Below, piece after piece: positions 53,401-64,000 of a stretch of 64,000 nucleotides of DNA. Origin of the DNA: Antedon mediterranea. Its lineage: Eukaryota > Animalia > Echinodermata. The notes under the pieces are model-generated. The model saw only the letters and a program-made list of their open reading frames with translations, did no database searches and was not told the DNA's origin. Both the position numbers and the translations under genes were made by a program. The stretch is taken from the NCBI RefSeq assembly GCF_964355755.1, contig NC_092675.1, positions 22,230,912-22,294,911 on the forward strand, in the 5' to 3' direction. Positions within the stretch are counted from its first letter, which is position 1. The number at the start of each line of letters is the position of its first letter.

Positions 53401-54900
53401 TATTAAAAATGCATCTACAACTTCTAAATTTAAATTAGTATACAAGAACTATTTTTATTTATTATTATTTTTTTTTTATTTGTTTTTTTTTTCGTATTTA
53501 ATGTTATATCTTGGGGTGGGTCAAACTTAAAGTCTTTCTGACTTATATGACCCTTCCCCCCACATGATTACTTCATTGTATTTGTTTATCCTGTATGTAT
53601 GTTATATTATATTGTGGAAATGAAATTAAATTGAAATTGAACTCCGGTAGTTACCATACAGTTCCTTTGCCAGATGCAAAAGTTGACTCTTTGATCCAGT
53701 GATTATTCTTTTTGAGTTAACAATACTTTCTTTGTATCTTTTTAGGTGGATTTGGTACTTTCCATGCAACAATGAACTCTTTTATACATTTTATGATGTA
53801 CATATACTACGGATTTGCAGCATTGGGTCCAGCTTTTCAACGCTTTCTATGGTGGAAACGTTACATGACCACAATGCAGCTGGTAAACAATTTCTCTATT
53901 CATTTTATAGACTGAATCTTTCATATAATCAATTCTTTCAATATATTTAATTTAAACAGATTAGTTATCCTACAATTTAAAGAATATATAATATAGGTAA
54001 CTCTTTCCAATATTTGTTACCTGTGGACTGGGCTAAAACATTATCCTTGGTTTTCTGAAAAATTAGGTAGTTTCAGTAGAGTTGATAATATAGTACTGTA
54101 TGATGTCATTGCGTATCCAAATAGCGTACTGCCTTCTTGTTGTGTTATGCACACAGGAGCAACAGCATTCCGTCTAAAGCATGACGGCATGAAGCCGATT
54201 TTCCACTAGGCGAAACGTTTCGAATAGAAAAAAAATCGCCTACTCTCTTTCCACTACATGAGCGAATAGCTGCTGCATTATGTTCCTCGCGTGGCTGCTG
54301 AGCTTTTCGATTCGCATGAGGGCTCATGAAAACGTCATAGCTCATTTCCTGAGCTCTGATTGGATGCGCAATATTTCACTTTGCAAAAAGTAGAAACAAT
54401 TTTAACTAGTAAATTTCGCTGCACCGAAAAATCAAAGGACTAGAATTCGTCAAAAAAGGGAGTATGACAGACAGAAACTTGAATGCGCATAGCATGACAC
54501 TTTCGATTCGTGCGAAAAAATTCGCCTAGTGGAAAATCGACTTTATCCATGCCATTTTTATCATAAGCTTAATTCTTTTATATCACTTTTAATTTAATTA
54601 AGGTGATTCAAAATGAACGACTGGTTTCTGTACAGGACATTATTATTTATGAACATCTTCATTAACACTAAACTTACCTTTTAATTTCAGATTCAGTTTA
54701 TTTTATCGATGGTGCATAGTTCACAGCTTTTCTTTATCGACTGCAAGTATCCAAAGGTGTTTGCATGGGTCATCGGCCTCTACGGATTTATATTCTTCAT
54801 CCTTTTCATGGATTTTTATATCAAGGCTTATTCCAAATCAAATAAGAGCAAACATCACAGTCAAAATGGAAATTCTCATTTTAAACATAAAGAAAATTAA
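50420..54900 (+). CDS. elovl7: Very-long-chain fatty acid elongase, Elovl1/7-like (275 aa, 7 coding exons)
   Basis: Exons 50420-50468 ([16 protein letters not shown]), 51485-51672, 51802-51882, 52037-52093, 52347-52452, 53746-53882, 54691-54900; 828 nt in frame. Motifs: [51 protein letters not shown], and a C-terminal KxKxx ER-retrieval signal (KHKEN). Confidence 0.94.
50490..50700. other. TAGGCCTA/CTAG-rich island in elovl7 intron 1
   Basis: TAGGCCTAGGCCTAGGCCTACTAG... dense tandem motif array starting about 22 bp after the first donor. Confidence 0.85.
52640..53050 (+). mobile_element. CR1-type LINE 3' fragment interrupted by a SINE
   Basis: FKMVHG...RTRGHN before the SINE and K.LKQH...[13 protein letters not shown] after it; together these give the typical TRGH...FFS..V..WN.L C-terminus of CR1 ORF2. 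Confidence 0.65.
52727..52924 (+). mobile_element. tRNA-derived SINE
   Basis: B-box-like GGTTCGAG (~52761), central CCTTAGGCAAGATGCTTTAC domain, (CAAATA)n tail. Confidence 0.65.
53100..53640 (+). mobile_element. L2/Crack-type LINE 3' fragment
   Basis: [29 protein letters not shown]....KFK C-terminal RT-clade peptide, a 3' stem-loop (GGGTCA...TGACCC) and a (TGAAAT)n tail. Confidence 0.6.
54192..54543. mobile_element. PIF/Harbinger-like MITE in elovl7 intron 6
   Basis: 23-bp TIR AAGCCGATTTTCCACTAGGCGAA / TTCGCCTAGTGGAAAATCGACTT; flanking TGA/TTA could be a degraded 3-bp TSD. Confidence 0.7.
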
Positions 54901-55034
54901 TATATTCTAAAAGTGTGGATTAATTGTTCTGTAATACTGCTTATGTTTTAATATGCATGTACAGTACAAACATACTGTATGATGTTACAGGTATGAGGTC
55001 AAAATGAGTACGTCATAGCTATATCTCTGTGATA

Positions 55035-55108
55035 TGTCACAACTATGATGTCTCACAACTATGATAGTGTCACAACTATGTTATGTCACAACTATGTTAT
55101 GTCACAAT
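55035..55108. repeat. Short tandem repeat (TGTCACAACTATG-like, ~5 copies) in the elovl7 3' region
   Basis: Direct reading of the sequence. Confidence 0.85.
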
Positions 55109-55710
55109 TACAATATGACTGATACCATGTGATTGACACCAATATACAATATTCCATTCCTGGTTTTGTAGTTTTAATGTTTTATAGTTTTTAGTACAAA
55201 TGTAGTTATTTATGAGGTTATGAAATATCTTTGTGGTATAGAATATGAATACCAAAGTCCTTAATTTATTCATTTGTATTTGTCGTATGTTTGTCAATTT
55301 GGAAATAATTATTGTTTCAATGTTTGATTAAATGTTTATAATTGTCATTTTAGAATAATACATTCTTATGCTCACTGTATGCATCTTGTTTGCCAATATC
55401 CTACACTTTTTTCTTGGATTGCATTTTGTCTTTTCATAATTTTTTTTTAAATTGTTACAGGTAATATTTTAATAATTTAAAATATGTATTGTTTGTTTAC
55501 AACTATACAATATTTAAATATAATGTATTGGTTTAAACAAGTATGTTTACATCTTAAATTATAAAAAATATATTGATATATATAATGAATCATGGTGCAA
55601 AAAATAGTAACAATTTTGTATTGTTTAAATTCATTTTTGTACTGTATATTGAAATATTAAATTATGACATTGTTATTAAAGTAACATATACAGTAGATAA
55701 GAAAGGAATA

Positions 55711-55933
55711 AGTGGAGTGGTGGTTATGATGCTTGGCTACCATTTCAAGGGTCCTGGGTTCAAGTCCCGTCACATGTCAGGATTTTTTCTAAGGATAAAA
55801 TTACAACTCCACTCCCAAAGACTTTGTTTATGTAGAGCATCTTGTGTATATGTTTGTCTTGTGAACCTCTGAGGGTCCCTAATGATCAGCAATTGCTGTA
55901 TGGATCACCCTCATTAAATATGGTCAACAACAA
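55711..55933 (+). mobile_element. tRNA-derived SINE (second family)
   Basis: A-box-like TGGAGTGGTGG and B-box GGTTCAAGTCC at tRNA spacing, an unrelated body and a short (CAA)n tail. Confidence 0.6.
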
Positions 55934-57345
55934 TGACTGAATACTAAACTTTGTTATAAACTGTATGCATCTGTTATGATTCTGAATGAAATGACTGGCA
56001 GAATGCAGTGTTTTTACAATTAATTTACATTAAAATTTTGTAATTATTCCTGTAATAACTGTTGGTAAATTACTGTATACACAAAAAATCTGAATGATGT
56101 GTTTTTTATGTAGGCCAAGACCCACTTGAGCACTCTATTCAGGGGACATTTCCACATGAAACAAATTAGGGTTCTTATTATGTACCCCCCCTCCCCCCAC
56201 CCTTAATAGTATAAGCAAATCGCATATGGCGTAGTTTTCAGAAATATCACCTGCAATGTTAAGTAATTTTTACTTTATTTATTATGTTTATTTCACCGAT
56301 TCTTACATGTTTTCATGTATGAAATGCGCGCTTGCAATAAATGAAAAACGCAGCTTTAATATGAATAAACAATATAATTATTTTAACCTGTATTTAGTTA
56401 TTTATTTTTATTGATATAAATTTTCAGCTCAGAACGGTTATATAGCCATACAATTGACAGAAGGGAAGGGGGCTAGGGTATGGACTTAAAAACAGGTTTT
56501 TTGCACAAAACCCAACATATATTTGAGAAGAGTAGAGGCCTTCTTTAATCCCTTTCTGTCGATGTTACAACAGTTCTGGGAGCCTGCTGTTCCCCTTAGT
56601 ATCATCAAGGCAATCTAACACAACTCGCCTTGCCAAGATAGGAACTCATAACAGTCTGTTGATCTTGTCTGGCTGCGACAAATTCAAACAGTATGGTGTC
56701 TGTTAAGGTGCGTGGAACTGATCGTGTCGCAGCCACAGATCAACCATTTGATCTTTGGAGCTCAGTATCTTGTTGTTAGATTGACTTGGTATCACCATAA
56801 AGTCATGGTAGCCAACTTTTGAACGCAGTCAGCACAATCTAAATTTATTGGTAGGTGTACATGAGCTAGCAATGATATTGAGCAATATACTGTAAATGAT
56901 CAAACATGTACAATTCTCAGGTTTTTTATGCAGTTAGCAAATAATGGTTTGAGCACTATTGCACCGGTACAGTAGTTGTTCCAATTGAGAAAAAAACACT
57001 TAATATTTGAAACTCTTTGTAACGATTGAAATTTTATTCAATTAACACACAACTTCTAGATGTTTTAAATGAAAACCATTCACTTAAACCACATCAAACT
57101 CAACTGTGACTACTGTATAACATTGTTGTCTTTCATATTTTTGCTTCAGAGCATTCCGTAATCTTTTATCTTTCAAATAATTCTTTACAGTATTTTGGTA
57201 AAAATTCAGGAAATTGTGGAAGCTTTTATGATGACCAGGCAAAATCATCATCAAATCATCTGTATTTGTTATGTATCATTTTTTTGTTTTTATGATTAGG
57301 TAAACCAGTGTCAGTTCTAAAATAAATTCAGTCTTTATTAATTAT

Positions 57346-59671
57346 TTAACCCTTCAATTCTTCTTTTTCAGCTCTTATTCTCTTCCTTTTAGCTCGCTCT
57401 AATAACCGCTTTTCTCTCTCAAATTCCTTCATTCGTATAACAAAGCTGAAAAGATAAGAAATAACAAATTTAGTTATCATTTGGTTGGAGACATGTATGT
57501 ATATCTAAAAACACAATTTTTCAATTGTCACGCAGCATAGAAAGATCACACACACTGTACCATACTGTATGCTGCATCGATACCTCATCATGGATATTCC
57601 TATGACATCATTTAAACTTGGTGTGTGCTTGGTCAGCAGTTAGATTTGGGAGTGCTTTGAATTCATGAAAATTGAGGAATACTCATTTAAAAAGAGACAG
57701 TTATTATTATTAATAGTTGTTTATCAAAAATAACACTTACTCATCAAATTCGCACTGATCATATTCATGTTTAGCATGTTCACAATGAAAACCTAAAGGA
57801 AACTGATCACGACGGCATTTTCGATAAGATATTAAAAGATGAGCACAATAATCTCGGTCTTTCCAATTCAGATTTGCATTATTCATTTCTTCTTCTGTTG
57901 CAACCATCACTGTAGTGTAATGAAAACAAATGTTTAGATTATAATTTCAACCAATTATTAAATTAAATTACATGTCCGGTTTGAGGTTGCTACTGGTGTG
58001 TGGCTTGAGTAAAAAATGGGGGAGCCCCATGCCAGATAGATACGCCAGATGTGTATTTAATATTTTCTAAAGGAATTTAGAGAAATAGGACACTAAATGC
58101 ACAGTTGAGTAAAGTCTCACAATTGTCGTATTCGAGTGGACCGTTGAGTAGTTTTTCCGTTGAGTACTTCTTTAACGGAGTATTTTGAGCGTTGAGATTG
58201 TTCTTAATGAAAAAGCTTTCGTTGTCAACGTTTTATATTCGAATGATATTCTGTTGAGCACAAATTTACAATTGGAATACAAAAAGTACTCAACGAATCT
58301 TTACGTTGACAACGAAAGTTCCCAATCGAATACGATAAATCACACACCTGAGGTGAGGCTCATGCTTTTTTATTCAAGCTCCCACATCACACACAGACCT
58401 CAAATTTTACGCTTTTTTACCAATCACAATATTTTTTAACAATTACTTCAAAACAACGTAAAAACTAACTTTTTGTTGAGTATGTTAAAAAATTGTCCTG
58501 GCCGTTTTTTGTTTTTTTTTTAGTTGTGTTGTGAATGATGATTTACAAAAAAAGTGTGCAAATTCAATATTTTAGTTAGGCCTAGCCCTAGACTAGACAG
58601 TAGAGAGGGCCTAGTTGAACAGCTAGGTAGGCCTATACTGTCTATGTTATGCGCGATTTGAACGATTTGCGCAATTTGAAATTGCGCAAAAAAAATCCTT
58701 GCGCAATTTGAATTGAAACATGTGTTTCAAATTGCGCAAGCAACGTATTAAATTGCGCAAGTAATCTGCAAATTGCGCAAGGTTTTTCCGACAGATTGTG
58801 AAATCATGCACACCCATATTTTTATAGTAATTTCTAAGAATGATTCAAAATTAAAGATAAATATCGCATTTCCTTATTTTAGTAGTGCAAATATTGTTAT
58901 AAGTTAGCATACCGTCGAAGAACCGACGAAGGAAAACGAAGCGGTGGTGTTCCACCAGGCGGGCGCGGCGCGGGCGGCCGGCTATACTACTCTAGCCTAG
59001 CTAGGGTCTGGACTACTGATACTGACTAGGTTACATGGCCTAGCTTAAACTAATATTAAAAACTTAAAAAGTGAGTATTAAACATTATCTTCATTGAAAT
59101 GGTCTTATTTATATAATAAAAATAATACTAAATTTTAAACTCCTCTGCCTAGGCCTAGCCTAGCCATGTATGGGAAAATTTACAGTTCGTTTTCAAATTG
59201 CGCAAAGGTGTCATATTGCGCAAGAACTATCTTGCGCAATTTACAAATTGTGCAGCGCAATTTAAAATTGCGCAAAGATTTTCTTGCGCAATTTGAAATT
59301 GCGCAAGTTGATTGCGCAATTTGAAATTGCGCAAAAAAATCCTTGCGCAATTTAAAATTGCGCAAGAATTCTTTTGCGCAATTTCAAATTGCGCAAGGAT
59401 TTTTTTGCGCAATTTCAAATTGCGCAAATCGTTCAAATCGCGCATAACATCTATATAGGCCTACAGTAAGCGCTGCATGTAGTATACACTCTACTAACTA
59501 GTAGGTAGACCTGGCCTAGGCCTAGCCCAGCAGTTCCAGCAGTGACCATACAAAAATACCTCGTTCTTCTCGTCCATCAGGAAACCCATAAAGAGGATCA
59601 AAAGTCGGGTCAGTCCCTAGCGTCGGCGCCGTATCAGGATGTATGAAATAGTGAGAGACATAATGTCCCAT
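57346..59671 (-). CDS. NDUFB7: NADH:ubiquinone oxidoreductase subunit B7 (B18), 126 aa, 3 exons
   Basis: Exons 59671-59560, 57909-57741, 57445-57346 in frame: MGHYVSHYFIHPD...PTFDPLYGFPDGREERVMVATEEEMNNANL..KDRDYCAHLLISYRKCRRDQFPLGFHCEHAKHEYDQCEFDDFVIRMKEFEREKRLLERAKRK. Twin CX9C motif present. Confidence 0.96.
58645..59449. mobile_element. Ginger-like non-autonomous DNA transposon in NDUFB7 intron 1
   Basis: TGT...ACA termini, ~65-bp TIRs (TGTTATGCGCGATTTGAACGATTTGCGCAA...), an exact 4-bp TSD TCTA (58641-58644 and 59450-59453), and sub-terminal arrays of the palindrome TTGCGCAA. Confidence 0.75.
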
Positions 59672-60156
59672 CTTGAATACTTATATACTTTTATTTTCTT
59701 CAAAAAGTTAGGCCTCCATACAATGATTTATAAAAAGCGTAACAGAGACGGTTTTGACGGGTCTTCTTATTTGGTCCACTGCATATTCCCCCGGCGCTAG
59801 CGATTTCCGCTCGAGCTTACAAAAAATATATATTACGACGCATGGGGGCGGCATTACATTTTTTTTTTTATCAAATCAGAGAGCTTTAGCAGTATTTAAC
59901 ATGCAAAATCTCCTATCTAGTGAATACAATTTAAGAAAAATACTTAAATGTTTATTGAATTGACTGAAATTCTTAATATTTAATATATTATGAAATTAGA
60001 TCTCGGATCGTTTTATTTATTTCATGTTTATTGAGCTCTACTCTTCCGTGTATTGAGCACTCTCAGGTAAACTAAATTTATTTATTAATTTATATACTGT
60101 ATATTAATCCAAAGGCAAATTACTGAAAAAATGACAATGCTGTGGGTATCAGTGGC

Positions 60157-60360
60157 AGGATCTCAATGGACATACAAAAAAAAAGCGAAAAGCTAAATCA
60201 GAACGATAAAGTAAAACAGCCAGATTAGCAGAGCTTTCGGGTAACACTTAGCCCTTCATCAGTGATTTATATATGTTAATATATTATACTTGCACTGATG
60301 AAGGGCTAGTGATTCTTGAAAGTTTCTTATTTTATTTTGTATCTCCCCTGAGACTGATAC
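60157..60360. mobile_element. Inverted pair of Penelope-like terminal-repeat remnants, each with a hammerhead core
   Basis: Minus copy CTGATGA-A-GGG-ctaagtgtta-CCC-GAAA-GCTC (60262-60231) and plus copy TTGCA-CTGATGA-AGGG...TCTT-GAAA-GTTTC (60290-60326). Both are homologous to 10140-10260. Confidence 0.6.
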
Positions 60361-60966
60361 AAACAGTCTCCACTAATTACCGGAATGGTAATAAAATATT
60401 CTCTGCTGTAGGCCTATATATTCTTCTCCTGCACATCTGTGAAAAAAATAATAATTTGCCTTTGGATATATTTTATAATTTATAAATAAACATTCTATAA
60501 TTACATAGCCACTATAATTAGTTAATCTATTTATTAATCGCCGCAAACTATAACGTGAAGAAAAGTGATACAAGGACAGTGTACCAGTCCAGAGAAGATA
60601 ATATTTCCGCCTACTTGGTTGAGTATGTGTAACGACATTGATACAGTTCAGTGCTGGTCTTTTTAGAGAGAGATTCATTAAATTGAATACAATGTTTGTT
60701 TATGGAACAAATTGCAACAAAGCTATACAATTGACAAAAATGTATGGTAAAATGTTTAAAATACTGTTAACGGTTAATTAGAGACCAACTCTACTAAAGA
60801 CCACTAAAACCCGGGTCCCAAAAAGGGGTCTGATGTTTACGCGCATGATTATTGTTTACAACTCACTACTAATGATACTTTGTGTCCCCATTAGCGTCCC
60901 ATATGTGATCAAAATCTGTCAAATAATCGCGACGAAAAAAGGGGAGGAGCGAGCGCGCGAGAGAGC

Positions 60967-63775
60967 ATGCTGTTTGTCACAAGATTACATAATTTGTTTA
61001 GGCCTAGGCCTAGATCATTACAAAGCAGTTTTTTATCGTGCCGGTATATTACTGCTGTTCCATACGTTAGCGTTGTAAGCTTCACAATTATGGTAAGTTA
61101 TATGGCTAGTAAAATTAAGCCCAGACTAGACTAATTAGATCGTGAGTGTAAGACTGGGCTAGCTAGGCCCTAGCTAGCTCTAGGCCAAGGCCTACTCCTA
61201 GGCCGTATAGTAGAGTACCCTCTAGGCCTAGCTAGCGTGAGCGCGCCCTATGTATCCTCTGGATCCTCTACCTACAGACCGCTCATATAGCCTAGCCTAC
61301 ACAGACAGACAGCAGTCTGAGAGTGGGGATCAAAGTTTTGTAAACAGTAAAGTAAGAAAATGTTTTATTTCTTTTTTGCCATTATTATATTTATAATATA
61401 GGCCTAGCCTAGTAGCCTAGACTAGGCCAGGCCCAGGCCTAATAATTGATTGTAGAGAGTAGAGGTTGTGTCTGGATTCTACTAATGTATAGACTATAAT
61501 TATATGCCTAGGTAGATGCTGCAATGTTTAAAATTAAAATGCCTGAAAAAATAATAATGCTAAATTGATTTGGAGCATTTTTTTTTATATTATTTGGCTA
61601 ATATCAAAAAAATGCTCCAAATCAATTTAGCATTATTTTTTCAGGCATTTTAATTTTAAACATTGCAGCATCTATCTAGGCATATAGTAGAATCCAGACC
61701 CAACCTCTACTCTCTACGCCTAGTATAATATGAGAAGTTCTATATAAAATAGGCCTACATGATGCCTAAAAGAAGTGAAAAGTACAACAGTTTAATATTG
61801 AAGTTCTGTCTGTGTAACATAACGTTTCCTTTTTATCTGACCTTTTTAAATATTTTAATTTTTTCGAAAAAAGTCAGTATTTCCGTTGTAAACAATTATA
61901 AAAAATATAAAATAAATGTAACTTTGTCAGAAATTAAAATGACAATATTTGACAGTTAAATAAAAAGTCTGTAATTCCAGATCATTTTGCATTATTTATC
62001 TAATTTTGTGACAGTATTATTATTCTTTGCTTCATACAATGTCATACACATTTGTTTGTTTGACCTCTCTCTCTCAATGGAATGAACCTCTCAATGGAAT
62101 GAACTTCATTAATTAATATTTAACACGATAGTAATGCATGCTTTAATAAAATAAATTTACAATAGACTTGGCCTCAGATGGTAGTGTACTTAGTATTTCT
62201 CATACAAAGGGGCTTACCATACCAAATTTGATATCGATGATGACCCCATTTAAGTGAATACTTTTTGTTTATTTAATATCTGAATTTAAATACTGTTCAG
62301 AAAGGTCAAGAGGTACTTATAAATCTAAAGTCCAATTTTATTCTTAAAGGTCAGCCAGAAACATGCATGTCAAAATTATTTTGTAAATTATATAAACAAA
62401 TTTAATTATTATTTAAGCAAAAAATTCAAATTGCACTGAAAAAATGTCTTAATAGTAAAATGTCGATTTTGTTTAAAGATGTATTGTCCCTTTGACTAAT
62501 TAAAAAAAAAATTTTTTTTTTATATTTCGATAAAAAAGTGTGTCATTTTGAAGTGTCATAATAGTTATTAACTTTCACCAAAAATTAATTGAAAAAAAAA
62601 TAATTTAACCGAAATACGGACGTTTTTTTGTTAAAAAAATAACTTTGACTTCCAGTAAAAGTTTTCGATCAAAACATATCTCATAATGCAACATGCTTGT
62701 TTGGCTACTCTGTATGCATAATCATAAAACTTACTCGCGATCTGTGTGAAAACACCTTCTCAACCGCGACGAGTTGTAAACCATCCTAGTAAGCATCATG
62801 CATAATGCATACTCGTGGTTTGAAATTTTTGTTTACTTTCGCTTGTGACGATTTTCTAGACGAAATGTAATCAAATCAATTTACCTGTTAATTACGTAAA
62901 CTTGTTGTTTTTGCCTCAAATTTTCGACTTAAAGTGAATAACTTTAATATTACTTTGATATGGTCAATTTAAATTTAGAATATTTTTTTTTTCATTTTTT
63001 GTGTTTCAAGGGACAATACATCTTTAATATCAGTAGTTAGTTATATTACTTAATTAAGTATTATTATTATTAACTTAAATTAATTTCCAGTAAGTACCGT
63101 AATTTTTTTTTAAATGATTGTGATGACTTTACAGAAACTGAAAATATGGTGCAAGAAATGTTTGTATTGTACAAAAGTAAATTCATGACTTCGATTAAAA
63201 CCTAGAAATAAAATTTAAGTTGTTCATAATATTACAGTGTGTGAGTGTGTAATTATTTCCCACCAGTACCATACAGTAACATTGTTGGGATCTTTAGATG
63301 CCTCCTTATGACATTTGTGTACAAAAAATAGATTTATTACTGCATAATAGACTTGCTCCAAGTCTGTATTTATTGTCTTTTTTATGTCATTCCACACGTC
63401 ATCGTTTTGATTTTTGTTTGAAAATACAACTCAAGTATTACACGTATGAAACGCCATATGTGCAAAAATATTTATATTTTTACTAATATTAAGACAAAAC
63501 TCCGTCTGGAGCCCAGACTACTGCATCTATTAATATTTTATTGGATCTACTGTATGGTGCATTGTAAAAGTTTTTTATAAATTAGCTAAGATTGAATATA
63601 ATGTGAGTCTCTTAGTCTATACATTTAATAACTTAGCGTTAATGATGTTCAAAGTCTATCAAGTCAAGTATTTTGTTTTGCAGGCACAAGCCATGGATTG
63701 GAAGAAAGCAAAGTCAATTTATGAATTTTCATTAAATGATATAGATGGCAAAGAAGTTAGTTTAGAGAAATACAG
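60967..63775 (+). CDS. GPX4: Phospholipid hydroperoxide glutathione peroxidase, 5' part (exons 1-2; gene continues beyond the window)
   Basis: Exon 60967-61092 (MLFVTRLHNLFRPRPRSLQSSFLSCRYITAVPYVSVVSFTIM, then GTAAGT) and exon 63684-63775 (AQAMDWKKAKSIYEFSLNDIDGKEVSLEKYR, then GT). This matches the GPX4 N-terminus and its exon layout. The active-site Sec/Cys codon is not in the window. Confidence 0.88.
61120..61442. other. TAGGCCTA/CTAG-rich island in GPX4 intron 1
   Basis: GCTAGCTAGGCCCTAGCTAGCTCTAGGCC..., TAGGCCTAGCCTAGTAGCCTAGACTAGGCC... Confidence 0.8.
61452..61717. repeat. Long near-perfect inverted repeat (foldback) in GPX4 intron 1
   Basis: Arms 61452-61590 and 61601-61717 are reverse complements apart from small indels; loop ~10 nt. 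Confidence 0.9.
62477..63023. mobile_element. Kolobok-like non-autonomous DNA transposon
   Basis: TTAA TSD on both sides; 16-bp perfect TIR AGATGTATTGTCCCTT / AAGGGACAATACATCT with purine-purine start. Confidence 0.75.
63449..63520 (+). repeat. Dispersed repeat fragment shared with 33803-33872
   Basis: AACGCCATATGTGCAAAAATATTTAT...AAGACAAAA...CCCAGACTA present at both loci. Confidence 0.75.
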
Positions 63776-64000
63776 GTATAGTACACTAACTCATGTTTAA
63801 TATCGGAACTCTAGGCATTGTAATGGGAATTGCTGGACGATAACAATTTGCAGTAAACCCTGCTTACAAATAAAATAACAAAATAAAAATCGGCTTTCAC
63901 GCAGCTCATTCCCCAAGCCTCTGTCCACAATTTTCTAGACACTACTCATATTTGACATCAAGATTAATTCCAAAATACATTATAATGTATTCATTAAATT

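Noticed and set aside
55711-55790. tRNA gene
   Set aside because: A and B boxes are present but there is no convincing acceptor stem, and the sequence continues into a SINE-like body and tail.
59180-59445. ORFs with repeated LRNFKLRK/AQFEIAQ peptides
   Set aside because: Translations of the TTGCGCAA sub-terminal repeats of a MITE.

Overview
AT-rich animal genomic DNA with GT-AG introns; an invertebrate, possibly an echinoderm, is inferred but cannot be confirmed. Roughly 1-35 kb has no confidently identifiable gene. It holds a 1.8-kb compound (ATC/ACC)n microsatellite, MITEs, LINE and Penelope remnants and minisatellites. From 35 to 64 kb there are six intron-containing genes whose exons I joined by hand in frame: an N-terminally extended dynein light chain LC8 (+), U2 snRNP A' SNRPA1 (-, 10 exons), a head-to-head pair of fatty-acid elongases (Elovl8/4-like on -, Elovl1/7-like on +), NDUFB7 (-), and the first two exons of GPX4 (+, divergent from NDUFB7). 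The main non-coding observations are: dense TAGGCCTA/CTAG islands in intron 1 of four genes; 25-29-bp CA...TG hairpins flanked by 7-bp duplications, resembling P-superfamily excision scars; Penelope-type minimal hammerhead motifs, two of them in the NDUFB7-GPX4 shared upstream region; and several non-autonomous DNA transposons with diagnostic termini.
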